Positions 1 to 9,874 of a stretch of 64,000 nt of DNA are shown here, in pieces (the first letter of the stretch is position 1; each line of letters begins with the position of its first letter). The stretch is from NCBI GenBank assembly GCA_963714335.1, contig CAVQNW010000002.1:638698-702697 (forward strand). The letters are read 5' to 3'. Both the position numbers and the translations under genes were made by a program. This stretch comes from an uncultured Actinomycetota bacterium (GTDB lineage: Bacteria > Actinomycetota > Thermoleophilia > Solirubrobacterales > Solirubrobacteraceae). The notes under the pieces are model-generated. The model was not told the origin of the DNA. It did not search any database and was given only the letters and a program-made list of their open reading frames with translations.

Positions 1-373
1 CGAGGTAGAGCAGGAGCCCGACAGATGCGCAGACACGAGCGAGCACAGGAGCGTGCCGCAGGGGGCGCACCACGACGTAGTAGAAGATCAGCCCAAGGAG
101 CGCCGAATACACCAGCGCGATGACGATCGAGAGCCACACAGGGGCTCCGGCCTTTGAGAAGACCTGCAGGTGCCAGCCGACGGCGACCCAGGGGAAGACC
201 AGCTGTCCGCTGTTGTGCAAATAGAGGAAGACGTAGCTGCACCACATTGCGACGGCAGCATGGGAGAAGTCCACGACGCCGGCGCTACGGTGCTTGAGCA
301 CCAGGCCCAAGGCGAGCAGCGCATACACGGCGCCCGCACCGAGCCCGATCAGCAGGAACAACAGATAGCTCAT
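1..373 (-). CDS. Branched-chain amino acid-type ABC transporter permease (LivH/LivM-like), N-terminal part; runs off the window edge
   Basis: Manual translation from ATG 373: MSYLLFLLIGLGAGAVYALLALGLVLKHRSAGVVDFSHAAVAMW..., a typical LivH N-terminus; lies downstream of the substrate-binding protein gene. Confidence 0.85.
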   Translation of the reverse strand, partial: MSYLLFLLIGLGAGAVYALLALGLVLKHRSAGVVDFSHAAVAMWCSYVFLYLHNSGQLVFPWVAVGWHLQVFSKAGAPVWLSIVIALVYSALLGLIFYYVVVRPLRHAPVLARVCASVGLLLYL

Positions 374-494
374 GTGTCTCTCACTTCCCCTGCCCGAGGG
401 TGGCCCCGGCCGAGAGCGGAACTGTCGCCCGGCCGGCGCCCGGGATCAGCAGATCCCGGACCCCGACCGGAGCGTAAAGCCGCCTGACCGGAAG

Positions 495-1739
495 CTACTT
501 GATCAGGTTGGATCCCTCATTGGTTGCCTGGTTGCCAACACGCACGGCCTTGCCGTTGACAATGTGGTACAGGTAGTAGCTGGCGTTGCAGACTGACTTG
601 AACGCCGGAATCGCCTTGCCGTTGCAGGCGTAGGCCTGCCCAAGGAAGTTCGGGTGATTCGAGCCGCTGCGCAGCGTCTTGAGGATGTACGACTCGTTCA
701 ACTTCTTGGGCGCCGTGTTGTGGAACGCCGACCAGATGTCCATGATGGTGCTCATCTCGGTCAGTGCCGGCGAGTCGATCGGGATGTTCTTCGGGGCGTA
801 CTTGGCGAGGATCGCCGAAGCCAGCTTGGCCTGCGGGGTTCCCGTCGCCGGGACCTGGAACGGCTGGTACCAGTACATGCCGTTGGCTGCTGCACCGGCG
901 GCCTGAACGGTGACAGGCGCCGAGCAGGTGTCGATCGAGATCGTCTTGCCGGTCCAGCCGGCCTCCTTCAGCGCCTGCAGCAGCGCCAGGCACTGACCCG
1001 GATCCTCGAGGCCGATCACCTGCGCGCCCGACGTGACCGCTTCCTCCACGGTGGAGGTCACCGTGGCAGATGTGGTCGGTACCGGGAACAGCGTGTAGGT
1101 GCCGCCGAAGTGCTGGATCCCCGGCTTCCAGTAGGTGTTGGCACTGAACTCGCCCTGCGTGTTTCCGAAGGTGATCACCGCCACCTTCTTCCCACCGAGA
1201 TGCTGCGCGGCGTACTCCCCGCCGAGCACGTTGCCGAGCTGGGCGGTGTCGTTGAAGATGACCGAGTTACTGGCGGTCGCCTCAACCGGCGTGAAGTCCA
1301 TCCCGCCGAGGTAGGCCAGGTGGGCCTTGGCGTAGGCCGGGATCGTATCCGCGGTCGACAGGTCGCTGGCGCCGATGATCGCCTTGGGATGATCGGCGAT
1401 CAGCTGCTTGGCACAGCTGGACGAGCCGGACGGGGTACCGTCGGTGGCGCACCAGTCGATCTTGATCGGGTGGCCGTCGAGACCACCCTTGTAGGCGTTC
1501 ACGTAGTCAACCGTGGCGTTCAGTGCCTCCGAAGACTCCGGGAAGGCCGGCCCGCCGCTCGGCACGTTCATGTTGTCGGCGCCGAAGACGACAGGCGAGC
1601 CCTTGGCAGCATCCCGCTTGCCCAGAGCACTCGACGAGTGTGCGAGCGCGTGCGTCGTACGCGCGCCCGCGGTTGAGATGGCGACAGCCATCGCGGCACA
1701 CATGGCCGCAACGACGATCACCAGGGTTTTGATGCGCAT
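495..1739 (-). CDS. ABC transporter substrate-binding protein (LivJ/Peripla_BP_6-like)
   Basis: N-terminal signal peptide; VDYVNAYKGGLDGHPIKIDWC motif; GGAGGAG SD upstream; flanked by Liv ATPases and permease. Confidence 0.85.
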   Translation of the reverse strand: MRIKTLVIVVAAMCAAMAVAISTAGARTTHALAHSSSALGKRDAAKGSPVVFGADNMNVPSGGPAFPESSEALNATVDYVNAYKGGLDGHPIKIDWCATDGTPSGSSSCAKQLIADHPKAIIGASDLSTADTIPAYAKAHLAYLGGMDFTPVEATASNSVIFNDTAQLGNVLGGEYAAQHLGGKKVAVITFGNTQGEFSANTYWKPGIQHFGGTYTLFPVPTTSATVTSTVEEAVTSGAQVIGLEDPGQCLALLQALKEAGWTGKTISIDTCSAPVTVQAAGAAANGMYWYQPFQVPATGTPQAKLASAILAKYAPKNIPIDSPALTEMSTIMDIWSAFHNTAPKKLNESYILKTLRSGSNHPNFLGQAYACNGKAIPAFKSVCNASYYLYHIVNGKAVRVGNQATNEGSNLIK

Positions 1740-1798
1740 TCCTCTCTACTCCTCCTAACTGCGGTTGTTACCACCAAATACGTCTTGCTGGAGTTGCC

Positions 1799-1817
1799 GT
1801 GTATGCGTATGCACAAC
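1799..1817 (-). promoter_or_regulatory. Putative GntR-family operator, copy 1 (GTTGTGCATACGCATACAC)
   Basis: Near-identical to copies at 12787-12805 and 14909-14927; all three are intergenic and upstream of start codons. Confidence 0.6.
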
Positions 1818-1834
1818 GGCGGGACAAGTCTTGT

Positions 1835-2683
1835 TCACAGGCCTTCCTTTGAAGGCGGTTGCTCGGCGGCCTCCTCGGCCGCGCGTTCTCCCAGGTAGCT
1901 GGCCTCGAGCAGGTCTCGGCGGCGGCGCAGCTCCTCGGCGGTGCCCTGGAGCACGATCTCGCCGTTGACCATCACGTACGCCCGTTCGGCCAACTCGAGC
2001 GCCTGCTGGACGTGCTGCTCGACGAACAGAACCGCTGTGCCCAACTCGTCTGCGACCCGACGCAGCACCGGCATCAGTCGCTCGACGATCACCGGAGCGA
2101 GGCCGAGGCTCATCTCGTCGACCATCAGCAGCCGCGGCCTGCACATCAGGCCGCGCGCGAGCGTGAGCATCTGCTGTTCACCCCCGGACAGCACACCTGC
2201 CCTACGGTCGAGGCATTTCTCGAGCTCGGGGAGCATCTCGATGATCTCGGGCACCTCCATGCTGTCCCCGCGCTTGGCCAGCCGCAGGTTCTCACGGGCG
2301 GTCAGGTCGAAGAACAGGGCGCGATCTTCCGGGACAAGTGTCATTCCCTCCCTGGCCAGCCGTTCGGGTGCGCGACCGCCGATCGGGTTGCCGTCGAAGC
2401 GGATGTCGCCGTCGATCGGTTTCATCAGACCCGCGACCGTTGAGAGTGTGGTCGTCTTCCCGGCGCCGTTCGGTCCCAGCAATGCGACCACCTCACCCGC
2501 TCCCACCTGCAAGGAGATGTCCCGCACGGCCGGGATCCCCAGGTAGCCGGCCGTCAGAGCGTTCACTTCCAGCAGGGGACGAGACGTGGTGCTGCCGGCT
2601 TGCTGGCCGGATGGACCTGGCTTGTTGGAGCTGCTGGGGCGGGCGGAGGCAGATCCAGCAGCTTCCGGGATCGAGGCGCTCAC
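1835..2683 (-). CDS. ABC transporter ATP-binding protein (LivF-like)
   Basis: Walker A GPNGAGKTT, signature LSGGEQQ, Walker B LLMVDEMSLGLAP. Confidence 0.93.
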   Translation of the reverse strand: MSASIPEAAGSASARPSSSNKPGPSGQQAGSTTSRPLLEVNALTAGYLGIPAVRDISLQVGAGEVVALLGPNGAGKTTTLSTVAGLMKPIDGDIRFDGNPIGGRAPERLAREGMTLVPEDRALFFDLTARENLRLAKRGDSMEVPEIIEMLPELEKCLDRRAGVLSGGEQQMLTLARGLMCRPRLLMVDEMSLGLAPVIVERLMPVLRRVADELGTAVLFVEQHVQQALELAERAYVMVNGEIVLQGTAEELRRRRDLLEASYLGERAAEEAAEQPPSKEGL

Positions 2684-3507
2684 CGTGAGACCTCCCGTTC
2701 GCCGCCATGAGCGCTCTGGCGCCCGAGGTAGGCGTCGATCACGCGCTGGTTGGTCCGAATTTCCGCGGGCGAGCCCTGGGCGATCAGCTTGCCGAAGTCG
2801 ATCACCAGGATGTGGTCGCAGACCTCGAGCACCAGGCTCATGTCGTGATCGATCAGGAGCAGCGTGATGCCGCGCTTCGGGAGCTCACGCAGCCGCTCTC
2901 CGAACTGGGCGGTCTCATCGGTGTCGAGGCCCGCCGCCGGCTCGTCCAGCAGCACCAGCGACGGACGGCCGGCCAGTGCACGGGCGACGCCGACAAGCTT
3001 GCGCTGACCGTGGGAGAGCTCGCGCGGTTCGCGCTGCAGGATGTCGGTGATCTCCACAGCCTCCGCCGCCCAGGCCACAGCCTCAGCGCCGGGGCGTGCG
3101 ATCGGTGCGAGCACCTGCCCCAACGCGCGCCACAGCGACGGACGCTCGGCCGCGACGAGCAGGTTCTCCTCGACGTTGAGATCATCGAACAGTTCGACCG
3201 ATTGGAAGGTCCGCGTCATGCCGCGCCGCGCCAAACGGTGCGCCGACTGACCGGTGACGTCGGTCCCGTCGAAACGCACGTGTCCGCTGGAGGGGCGGTG
3301 CGCGCCCATCAGCCCATCGACCAGCGAGGTCTTGCCGGCGCCGTTGGGACCGATCAGGCCGACGATCGAGCCCCGCGGGATCGTGAAGCTGATGTCGTCG
3401 ATCGCTACCACGCCGCCGTACTGGATGCGTAGCGCGTCGACCTCGAGCAGCGACGTGCCGACGCCGATGTCCCCCGGCTGCGCGCCGGGCTGGGTAGCGG
3501 TGCTCAC
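2680..3507 (-). CDS. ABC transporter ATP-binding protein (LivG-like)
   Basis: GPNGAGKTS, RTFQ, LSHGQRK, LLDEPAAG, VIDAYLG; GTG start at 3507 chosen from an AGGAG SD. Confidence 0.92.
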   Translation of the reverse strand: MSTATQPGAQPGDIGVGTSLLEVDALRIQYGGVVAIDDISFTIPRGSIVGLIGPNGAGKTSLVDGLMGAHRPSSGHVRFDGTDVTGQSAHRLARRGMTRTFQSVELFDDLNVEENLLVAAERPSLWRALGQVLAPIARPGAEAVAWAAEAVEITDILQREPRELSHGQRKLVGVARALAGRPSLVLLDEPAAGLDTDETAQFGERLRELPKRGITLLLIDHDMSLVLEVCDHILVIDFGKLIAQGSPAEIRTNQRVIDAYLGRQSAHGGEREVSR

Positions 3508-3603
3508 CGCTGGACTCCTCTCTCCTGGCCCAGCTGCGCCGAGCTCGTCCTCGGGCCCAGCGTACAGGCGCCAGAGCGCCGTCCCGAGATGCATGATCGG
3601 CGC

Positions 3604-4335
3604 CTAACCAAACGCATATACGGCTCCTGGGGCGATCGCGGCGACGACCGTGCGCAGCCGGTCGAGCGGATACTCGGGATCGAGCGCGCTGGTAACGAGC
3701 CGCGCAGTGGCGACGTAATGAGCCGCGAGCGCGTCCGCCAACTGGTCGGCATCCCGGGCGATCGCGGCGTCGAGCATCGCCCGATGCTGGACGTGGCGCT
3801 TCTCATATTCCTCTGGCGTGATGCTCCCGTAAACACGCCGGTAGCGCTCGGCATGGTCAAAGAGCTCGGCGATCAGATGGGACGACCGCAGTCCAGCCCT
3901 GCCGACGAAGCGCTCGTGAAAGGCGCGGTGCGGGGAGCGGAAGAGCTGCAGCGACGGGGGGCCGCCGCCTGCCAGATGCGTCATCTGCGCCATGTAGCCC
4001 TCGAGCTCGGCAAAGTCTGTCTCGGTGAGCTGTGGCAGCGTCACCCGTGCGGCGGCGACCTCGACCGTGATCCGCAGCAGGTAGAGCTCCTCCGCATCCT
4101 CGATCGAGAGGCTGGCGATGACGACGCGACGGTTGGGCTCGGTGACGATCAGACCCTCGGTCTGGAGCATGCGGACGGCCTCGCGCAGCGGTGTGCGACC
4201 GACATCGAGGTCGCGCGCGAGCTCGGCCTGGGAGGTCTTCGCGCCGGGCCGCACGTCACCCGACAGGATGGCGGCACGCAACTGCTCGTGAACCTGGACG
4301 ACGTTGTCCCCAGTGCGGCTCGTGACGTCGCTCAC
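3604..4335 (-). CDS. GntR family transcriptional regulator (FCD domain)
   Basis: wHTH LRAAILSG..PG..SQAELARDLDVGRTPLREA; FCD His residues. Confidence 0.92.
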   Translation of the reverse strand: MSDVTSRTGDNVVQVHEQLRAAILSGDVRPGAKTSQAELARDLDVGRTPLREAVRMLQTEGLIVTEPNRRVVIASLSIEDAEELYLLRITVEVAAARVTLPQLTETDFAELEGYMAQMTHLAGGGPPSLQLFRSPHRAFHERFVGRAGLRSSHLIAELFDHAERYRRVYGSITPEEYEKRHVQHRAMLDAAIARDADQLADALAAHYVATARLVTSALDPEYPLDRLRTVVAAIAPGAVYAFG

Positions 4336-5681
4336 CAGCTCGCCTCGTCGATCGTCAGGTAGCTATGGAAGATGCCGTCGGGGTCGCGCTCCGCGCGCAG
4401 CTGTTCGAGCCGCGAGGCGTTGTCATCCGAGAGGAAGCGCGCCGAGCGTTCGCGGAGGTTCTCGTCGGCAAGCTGGATGCCCTCAGAGAGTGACTCCATG
4501 CGCCGCATGTGTTGCGTCGGCCAGGCGACGTACTGGTCATCCTCAACGGGGTCGTGCCAGCCGGCGAAGGCCGCGAGGTAGAGGTCGCCCTGCACCGAGA
4601 TGGCGGCGTCGTCGAACCGCTGCTGGCGCCACGGGTACCAGAAGATGTGCGACTCCGGCGTGGGCACGTCGCGGAACAGCTGCTTGGCGGGCTCGAGCAG
4701 AGCTTCGCCTTTGACGTTGGTCCACATCCCGTCCGCCGACCAGCGGACGCCCTCGGGCTCGACCGCGTTGGGGCCGTCGTAGAGCTCGGTGAAGGAGACC
4801 CTCTTGGCGTCCTCCCGGTGCAGCGCACGATCGATCACCGGACACTCGTCGAGTCGCGCCAGCGCGTAACGCGCATCCTCGTCGTCGTACATCAGTGCCT
4901 GGCACATGAGCATCAGCGCCGTGCCCTCGTGGACGGTGCGACCGTCTGGCAACGTCGGGGTGGTGCCGAGAATCGCGAACTCGAATTCCGGAGGCTGAGT
5001 CGGTTCGAACTCGAGCGCCCAGCCCAGCACGGCCTCGATCTCGTCCAGCGAGTAGACGTCAGTGCGCGTGTAGGTCGCGCTGGGGCGTGGGTGGCAGCGC
5101 AGGTAGAAGCGCGTGATCACGCCGAAGTAGCCGCCGCCTGCGCCGCGCGCCGCCCACCAGTAGTCGGGGTTCTGCTCAGCGTCGGCATGGATCAATTCGC
5201 CGGAGGCGGTGACGACGTCCACGGCGACGACGCTCATGCAGGCTGGGCCGATCGCGCGCGAGTTCCAGCCCCAGCCGCCCTGCAGCAGGAAGCCGCCGAT
5301 ACCGACGGAGGGGCAGTGGCCGGACGGGAAGAACAGGTCGTGCTCGGCGAGCAGGCCGTTGAGGTCCCGACCCTTGACGCCCGGCTGGACTGCGGCGATC
5401 CCTGAGTCCGCGTCGAACGCGATCTCGTTGAGCTGGGAGAGGTCGATCAACATCCCGGAGCGCACCGAGGAGCCGCTCCAGGCATGACCGCCCGCACGGG
5501 CCTTCACCCGAAGCCCACGCTGCCGGGCCAACGCGACAGCATTGACGACGTCCTGATCGGACCGCGCCTGGACGATCACCGCGGGATAGCGATCGGGCTT
5601 GCGGAAGTTCCAGACCGCAGCCTGGCGTGCCTGCTCGTAGCCCTCATCGCCCTTCCAAAACACTGCACCCTCGAACTGCAT
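4332..5681 (-). CDS. FAD-binding oxidoreductase (berberine-bridge/VAO-PCMH family)
   Basis: RAGGHAW covalent-FAD His motif, GHCPSVGIGG, WAARGAGGGYFGVIT, C-terminal DPDGIF. Confidence 0.9.
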   Translation of the reverse strand: MQFEGAVFWKGDEGYEQARQAAVWNFRKPDRYPAVIVQARSDQDVVNAVALARQRGLRVKARAGGHAWSGSSVRSGMLIDLSQLNEIAFDADSGIAAVQPGVKGRDLNGLLAEHDLFFPSGHCPSVGIGGFLLQGGWGWNSRAIGPACMSVVAVDVVTASGELIHADAEQNPDYWWAARGAGGGYFGVITRFYLRCHPRPSATYTRTDVYSLDEIEAVLGWALEFEPTQPPEFEFAILGTTPTLPDGRTVHEGTALMLMCQALMYDDEDARYALARLDECPVIDRALHREDAKRVSFTELYDGPNAVEPEGVRWSADGMWTNVKGEALLEPAKQLFRDVPTPESHIFWYPWRQQRFDDAAISVQGDLYLAAFAGWHDPVEDDQYVAWPTQHMRRMESLSEGIQLADENLRERSARFLSDDNASRLEQLRAERDPDGIFHSYLTIDEASW

Positions 5682-5741
5682 ACCAACCCTCTAGTTGCTG
5701 TAGGCTGCACGAAGTCTATACACATTTGTCAAATGGATGCG

Positions 5742-6149
5742 ATGACCATAAGTGCACATCATGTTGGCCTGACGGTCGCTGATCTCGATCGTGCGCGGGC
5801 CTGGTATTCGGTCGCCTTCGGATTCGAGCCGCAGGTCGAGTTCGACCTGCCCGGAGGTGTCCGCGGGGCGATGCTGCGGACCGCCGGGGGAGCGCGCATC
5901 GAGCTGTTCGAGGTTCCCGGCGCAGGGGAGGGACTGGCCTTCGCCGATCCGCCCATGGCGATGAGGACGCGCGGGTTCGGCCATGTCGCACTCGAAGCCG
6001 CCGACCTCGACGCCGCCTACGCGCGTGCTTTGGATGCCGGGGCGATCGGCGTGTGGGAACCGCGGCAATCGCCGGAGCCGCGACGGCGCATGGCGTTCAT
6101 GCACGACCCCGAGGGTCACCTGATCGAGCTGATCGGGCCGCTCGAATGA
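5742..6149 (+). CDS. VOC/glyoxalase family protein
   Basis: HHVGLTVADLDRA...GHVAL...FMHDPEGHLIEL; start could be ATG 5733 instead. Confidence 0.88.
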   Translation: MTISAHHVGLTVADLDRARAWYSVAFGFEPQVEFDLPGGVRGAMLRTAGGARIELFEVPGAGEGLAFADPPMAMRTRGFGHVALEAADLDAAYARALDAGAIGVWEPRQSPEPRRRMAFMHDPEGHLIELIGPLE

Positions 6150-7171
6150 GCGCCGCGGACAACCCGCTGCGCGGCTGGAGCGTCGACCGCCGCGTGATCA
6201 CCTCCACCGGCCGCGACCTGCAGCGCCCCGAGTGCGTACTGGCCGAGCCCGACGGCACGCTGTGGAGCGCCGACGCTCGCGGCGGCGTGATGCGCATCGA
6301 TCGTGACGGCTCGCAGACGCTGATCGCACAGGAGGTGGTCGAGCCCGGCGGGGACGCCGACTCGGTGTCCCGCTACATCCTCGACGGCACGCTGCCCAAC
6401 GGGCTCGCCTTCGACTCAAATGGCGACTTCATCATCGCCAACTTCGGGACCGACGCGGTCGAACGGATGACCCGCGACGGCGTCTCCGAGACGTTGCTCG
6501 AGACGCTCGACGGCAGGCCGCTTGGCAAGGCGAACTTCGCGTTGACCGACTCCAGGGGCCGGATCTGGATCACCGTGCACACGCGTTCCGATCCCTGGCT
6601 GATCTCGGTCAACGAGAAGCTCCCGGACGGCTACATCATCCTGATCGACGAGCACGGCGCGCGGATCGCGGCCGACGGCTTTGTCGGGACCAACGAGATC
6701 CGCTTCGACGCAGCTGAGGAGTGGCTGTACGTGGTCGAGTCCAACGCGCGCCATATCTCGCGGCTGCGGGTGGACGACGATGGGACGCTCCGTGACCGCG
6801 AGATCTACGGGCCTGCGGACCTCGGGGGGATCCCGGACGGCATTGCGTTCGATGTGGCGGGCAACCTCTGGATCACGCTCGTCAACGGCGACCGGCTGAT
6901 CGCGCTGACGCCTGAGCTCGAGGTCCTCACGCTGCTCGACGACGGCAACCCCGAGGGCGTGGCCGCCTTCGACGAGGCGTACTTCGCCGGCACGATGACA
7001 CCGGAGGTCCTCGGTGCCGGCCGCGGCACGCTGGCGCCGCTGATGGCCAGCGTGACCTTTGGCGGGCCCGACCTGAGGACCGTCTACCTCGGCAGTCTGA
7101 TGGGCACGACATTGCCGTCGTTCCGCTCACCAGTCGCTGGACTCCCGATGGCTCACTGGCATGAGAAGTGA
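6146..7171 (+). CDS. SMP-30/gluconolactonase family protein
   Basis: RPECV, PNGLAFD, NEIRFD, PDGIAFDVAGNLW, FGGPDLRTVY; ATGA overlap with the upstream gene. Confidence 0.9.
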   Translation: MSAADNPLRGWSVDRRVITSTGRDLQRPECVLAEPDGTLWSADARGGVMRIDRDGSQTLIAQEVVEPGGDADSVSRYILDGTLPNGLAFDSNGDFIIANFGTDAVERMTRDGVSETLLETLDGRPLGKANFALTDSRGRIWITVHTRSDPWLISVNEKLPDGYIILIDEHGARIAADGFVGTNEIRFDAAEEWLYVVESNARHISRLRVDDDGTLRDREIYGPADLGGIPDGIAFDVAGNLWITLVNGDRLIALTPELEVLTLLDDGNPEGVAAFDEAYFAGTMTPEVLGAGRGTLAPLMASVTFGGPDLRTVYLGSLMGTTLPSFRSPVAGLPMAHWHEK

Positions 7172-7704
7172 GCCACCTCCCGGTGGGGCGGCGCCCGCTG
7201 GCGCAGCCCCACCGCCGCGCCGAATCGTCACCGGCCACGACGCCGAGGGGCGCGGGACGGTTGTGAGCGACGGCCCGCCGCCGGCCTCGCGCACCGTGCC
7301 CGACGGTGCCAGCTTCCACGACATGTGGCTGACGACTGCCTCCCCCGCCCCGATCGCGGCGAACGAGGCCGAGCCGATCCGCGCCGGCGAGCTGCTCGGC
7401 CCGCCGGCCTCCGGCACGCGCGTACGCATCGTCGACATGCCGGCGGGTGCGCGCTCGCCGATGCACCGCACCGAGAGCGTCGACTACGGCAGTCGTGCTC
7501 GAGGGTGAGATCACGCTCGTGCTCGATGATGGTTCGGCGACGACGGTCGGCGCCGGCGAGCTCGTCGTGCAGCGCGGCACCGACCACGCCTGGGAGAACC
7601 GCTCAGGCGCCTGGACGCGAATCCTGTTCGTGCTGGTCGGCGGACGCTTCGAGGCAGAGCTGCGAGCGCAACTGCCGGACGACCCGATCACCCACCAGGT
7701 GTAG
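7161..7704 (+). pseudogene. Cupin_2 domain protein, split by a one-base insertion at ~7488-7491 (pseudogene or assembly error)
   Basis: RRIVTGHD...MHRTESVDY in one frame continues as VVLEGEITLVLDDG...VVQRGTDHAWEN in the next frame. Confidence 0.8.
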
Positions 7705-7706
7705 AA

Positions 7707-7735
7707 GGGGCGGCGGCAAAGCCCGCCGCCGCCCC
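7707..7735. terminator. GC-rich hairpin between convergent genes
   Basis: GGGGCGGCGGC-aaagccc-GCCGCCGCCCC, perfect 11-bp stem. Confidence 0.65.
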
Positions 7736-7742
7736 GAACTGT

Positions 7743-8687
7743 CTAGGCCGCGACGCGACGGCGGGCCGTCCCATACTCGACAGGCTGCGAGCCGGCCACG
7801 ACCGTGTTCTCGATCGTGCCGATGTGCTCGACCGTCATCCGTACGACGTCGCCGGGCCCCAGCGGCGACGGGTTGCGCGGGTCACTGCGTCCCCAGAGTT
7901 CACCGAGGCAGCCGCCACCGCAGGTGCCCGAGCCGATCACATCTCCGGGCACGAGCGCGGTCCCCCGCGAGGCGTAGACCAGCATCTGCTCGAAGGTCCA
8001 GGCCGCGCTTGCGAGCGTGTCGGTGCCCATCTCCTCACCGTTCAGCCAGACCGTCATGCGCAGGTCGAGCCGGCCCTCGTCATCGCGGTACCGCTCGAGC
8101 TCGTCGGCGGTGACGATCCAAGGGCCCAGCGTCGATGCCGTGTCCTTGCCCTTGGCCCAGCCCATGCCGAGCTTGCGGTCCTCGCCCTGGAGGTCGCGGG
8201 CCGACCAGTCGTTGAACAGCGTGTAGCCGGCGATCGCATCCCGCGCGCTATCGAGCGTCAGGTCCGACCCGCGCCTGCCGATGATCGCGGCGACCTCGAG
8301 CTCGTAGTCAAAGCGCTGAGCGCGTGGGGGCACCGGGATCTCCTCACCGGTCGCATAGAGCGAGTTGGGGTTCGAGAAGTAGAACGCAGGCGCCCCGTAC
8401 CACGCCTCCGGGAAGGGGATGCCGTCACCCATGACCATGCCCTCGATGTGCTGCTCGAAGCTGACGAAGTCGCGCACGCTCGGCGGTTGCAGCGGCACCA
8501 GCAGCCGCACCGCGCTGACTGGCACAGGATCCCCGAGCGCGTGGGCGGCGCGCTCGTCCGGACTCTGTTGCAGCAGGTCGGTCGCACCGACACCGGCCGG
8601 CAGCGAGCGCACGACGATCGCGTCGCCGTCACCCTCGACAGCTCCGACCGTCGTCCTGCCGTCGTGTTCGTATCTGGCAATCCGCAT
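7743..8687 (-). CDS. Fumarylacetoacetate hydrolase family protein
   Basis: PPSVRDFVSFEQH, DYELEVAAIIG, FNDWSARDLQ, KGKD, GDVIGSGT; ATG 8687 with AAGGAG SD. Confidence 0.92.
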   Translation of the reverse strand: MRIARYEHDGRTTVGAVEGDGDAIVVRSLPAGVGATDLLQQSPDERAAHALGDPVPVSAVRLLVPLQPPSVRDFVSFEQHIEGMVMGDGIPFPEAWYGAPAFYFSNPNSLYATGEEIPVPPRAQRFDYELEVAAIIGRRGSDLTLDSARDAIAGYTLFNDWSARDLQGEDRKLGMGWAKGKDTASTLGPWIVTADELERYRDDEGRLDLRMTVWLNGEEMGTDTLASAAWTFEQMLVYASRGTALVPGDVIGSGTCGGGCLGELWGRSDPRNPSPLGPGDVVRMTVEHIGTIENTVVAGSQPVEYGTARRRVAA

Positions 8688-8706
8688 CGCTCTCTCCTTT
8701 TCGACA

Positions 8707-9702
8707 CTAAACGAACAGACCCGTCGTCTGCATCGCGTCTGATTGCTGCTCGGACGACAGCTCCAGCGGCGGGAAGTTCTCGAGCATCGACGGCGGCATA
8801 CCGAGGTTGCGGTAGAAGACGTTGGATCCGGCCTCGGGCTCGAAGCGCACGGTCTCCCAGTCCGGCTCGTAGTTGCGGTAGCCGCCGGCGTTGAGCTCGA
8901 CGCGCAGGCCGCTCGGCTCGCGGAAGTAGAGATAGCCCTGCTCACCCATCCCGTGTTTGCCGGGGCCGAACTCGATCGCCACATCCTGATTGAGCAGCAC
9001 GTCAGCGGCGCGCAACAGGTTGTCGTTGGTCTCGACGTAGTAGGCGAAGTGGTTGATCCTGCCGCGGGCCGGAGTCGGGTCCCACGCGAGCCCCAGGTCG
9101 TGCCCGCGCTCGCACGTCGTGGTGAAGCAGAAGACGATGTTGTCCGGGTTGTTCGGAATCGTCGTGAACTCGGTATAGCGGTGGCCGAGGGTGTCGCGTA
9201 ACCAGCGGGCGTCGCCATCGGGATTCGCGGTCGCGATCGTCACGTGGTCGATGCAGCGGGCACCGACCCCGCGCGGAACGAAGCGCTGCGGTCGGTTCGG
9301 GAACGGCGACTCCTGGCCTGCGGGCGCCTGATAGCGCTCGACCTCCCAGAAGATCTCATGCTGGTGTCCGCCTGGTGAGTGGTACTGGTATGCGGGGCCG
9401 TGTCCAACGGAGTCCTCGAGCCAGCCGATGCCGGCGCCCGCTTCCTCGAGCCGCTGGACCGCACGCTCGAGCTCCTCCTGACCGAACGCTCGCCAGCCGA
9501 TGTGCGTCAGCCCGGCCTGCTCGCCCTCGGTGAGCTTCAGCGTGTGGTGGAAGCGATCGCCCCAGCCGCGTAGATACACCGACCCGCCCTCACGCGTTGT
9601 CTCCTCGAGTCCAATCACGTTGGTCCAGAAATCCAGCGACTCCTGCGGCTTGGGCGTGGTCAGCTCAACGTGTGCGAGCTGTGAGATCAGGGACAGGGCC
9701 AT
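8707..9702 (-). CDS. Catechol 2,3-dioxygenase-like extradiol dioxygenase (type I, VOC)
   Basis: LAHVELTTP, IDHVTI, GHDL, INHFAY, GPGKHG...YLYFREPSGLRVEL: Fe ligands His/His/Glu plus catalytic His and Tyr. Confidence 0.92.
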   Translation of the reverse strand: MALSLISQLAHVELTTPKPQESLDFWTNVIGLEETTREGGSVYLRGWGDRFHHTLKLTEGEQAGLTHIGWRAFGQEELERAVQRLEEAGAGIGWLEDSVGHGPAYQYHSPGGHQHEIFWEVERYQAPAGQESPFPNRPQRFVPRGVGARCIDHVTIATANPDGDARWLRDTLGHRYTEFTTIPNNPDNIVFCFTTTCERGHDLGLAWDPTPARGRINHFAYYVETNDNLLRAADVLLNQDVAIEFGPGKHGMGEQGYLYFREPSGLRVELNAGGYRNYEPDWETVRFEPEAGSNVFYRNLGMPPSMLENFPPLELSSEQQSDAMQTTGLFV

Positions 9703-9726
9703 GAAACTGCTCTCCTCTTGGTGGCG

Positions 9727-9750
9727 AAATTAGAAGGGGGGTTCCAATTT
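9727..9750. promoter_or_regulatory. Putative TetR operator (AAATTAGAA-N6-TTCCAATTT)
   Basis: AT-rich inverted repeat with 8/9 matching arms, between the divergent dioxygenase and tetR genes. Confidence 0.65.
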
Positions 9751-9874
9751 GGTCAGGAAGCCTAGCTTGCGTCGTCGAGAAGTCAAGACAGTGCCGGGCA
9801 AAGGCGGCGCGACGACCGAGGGAGCGGAGCGGTGTCCGGCGGTGGTGGTCGCGGCGCCGGTTAGTCTTCGCGCG

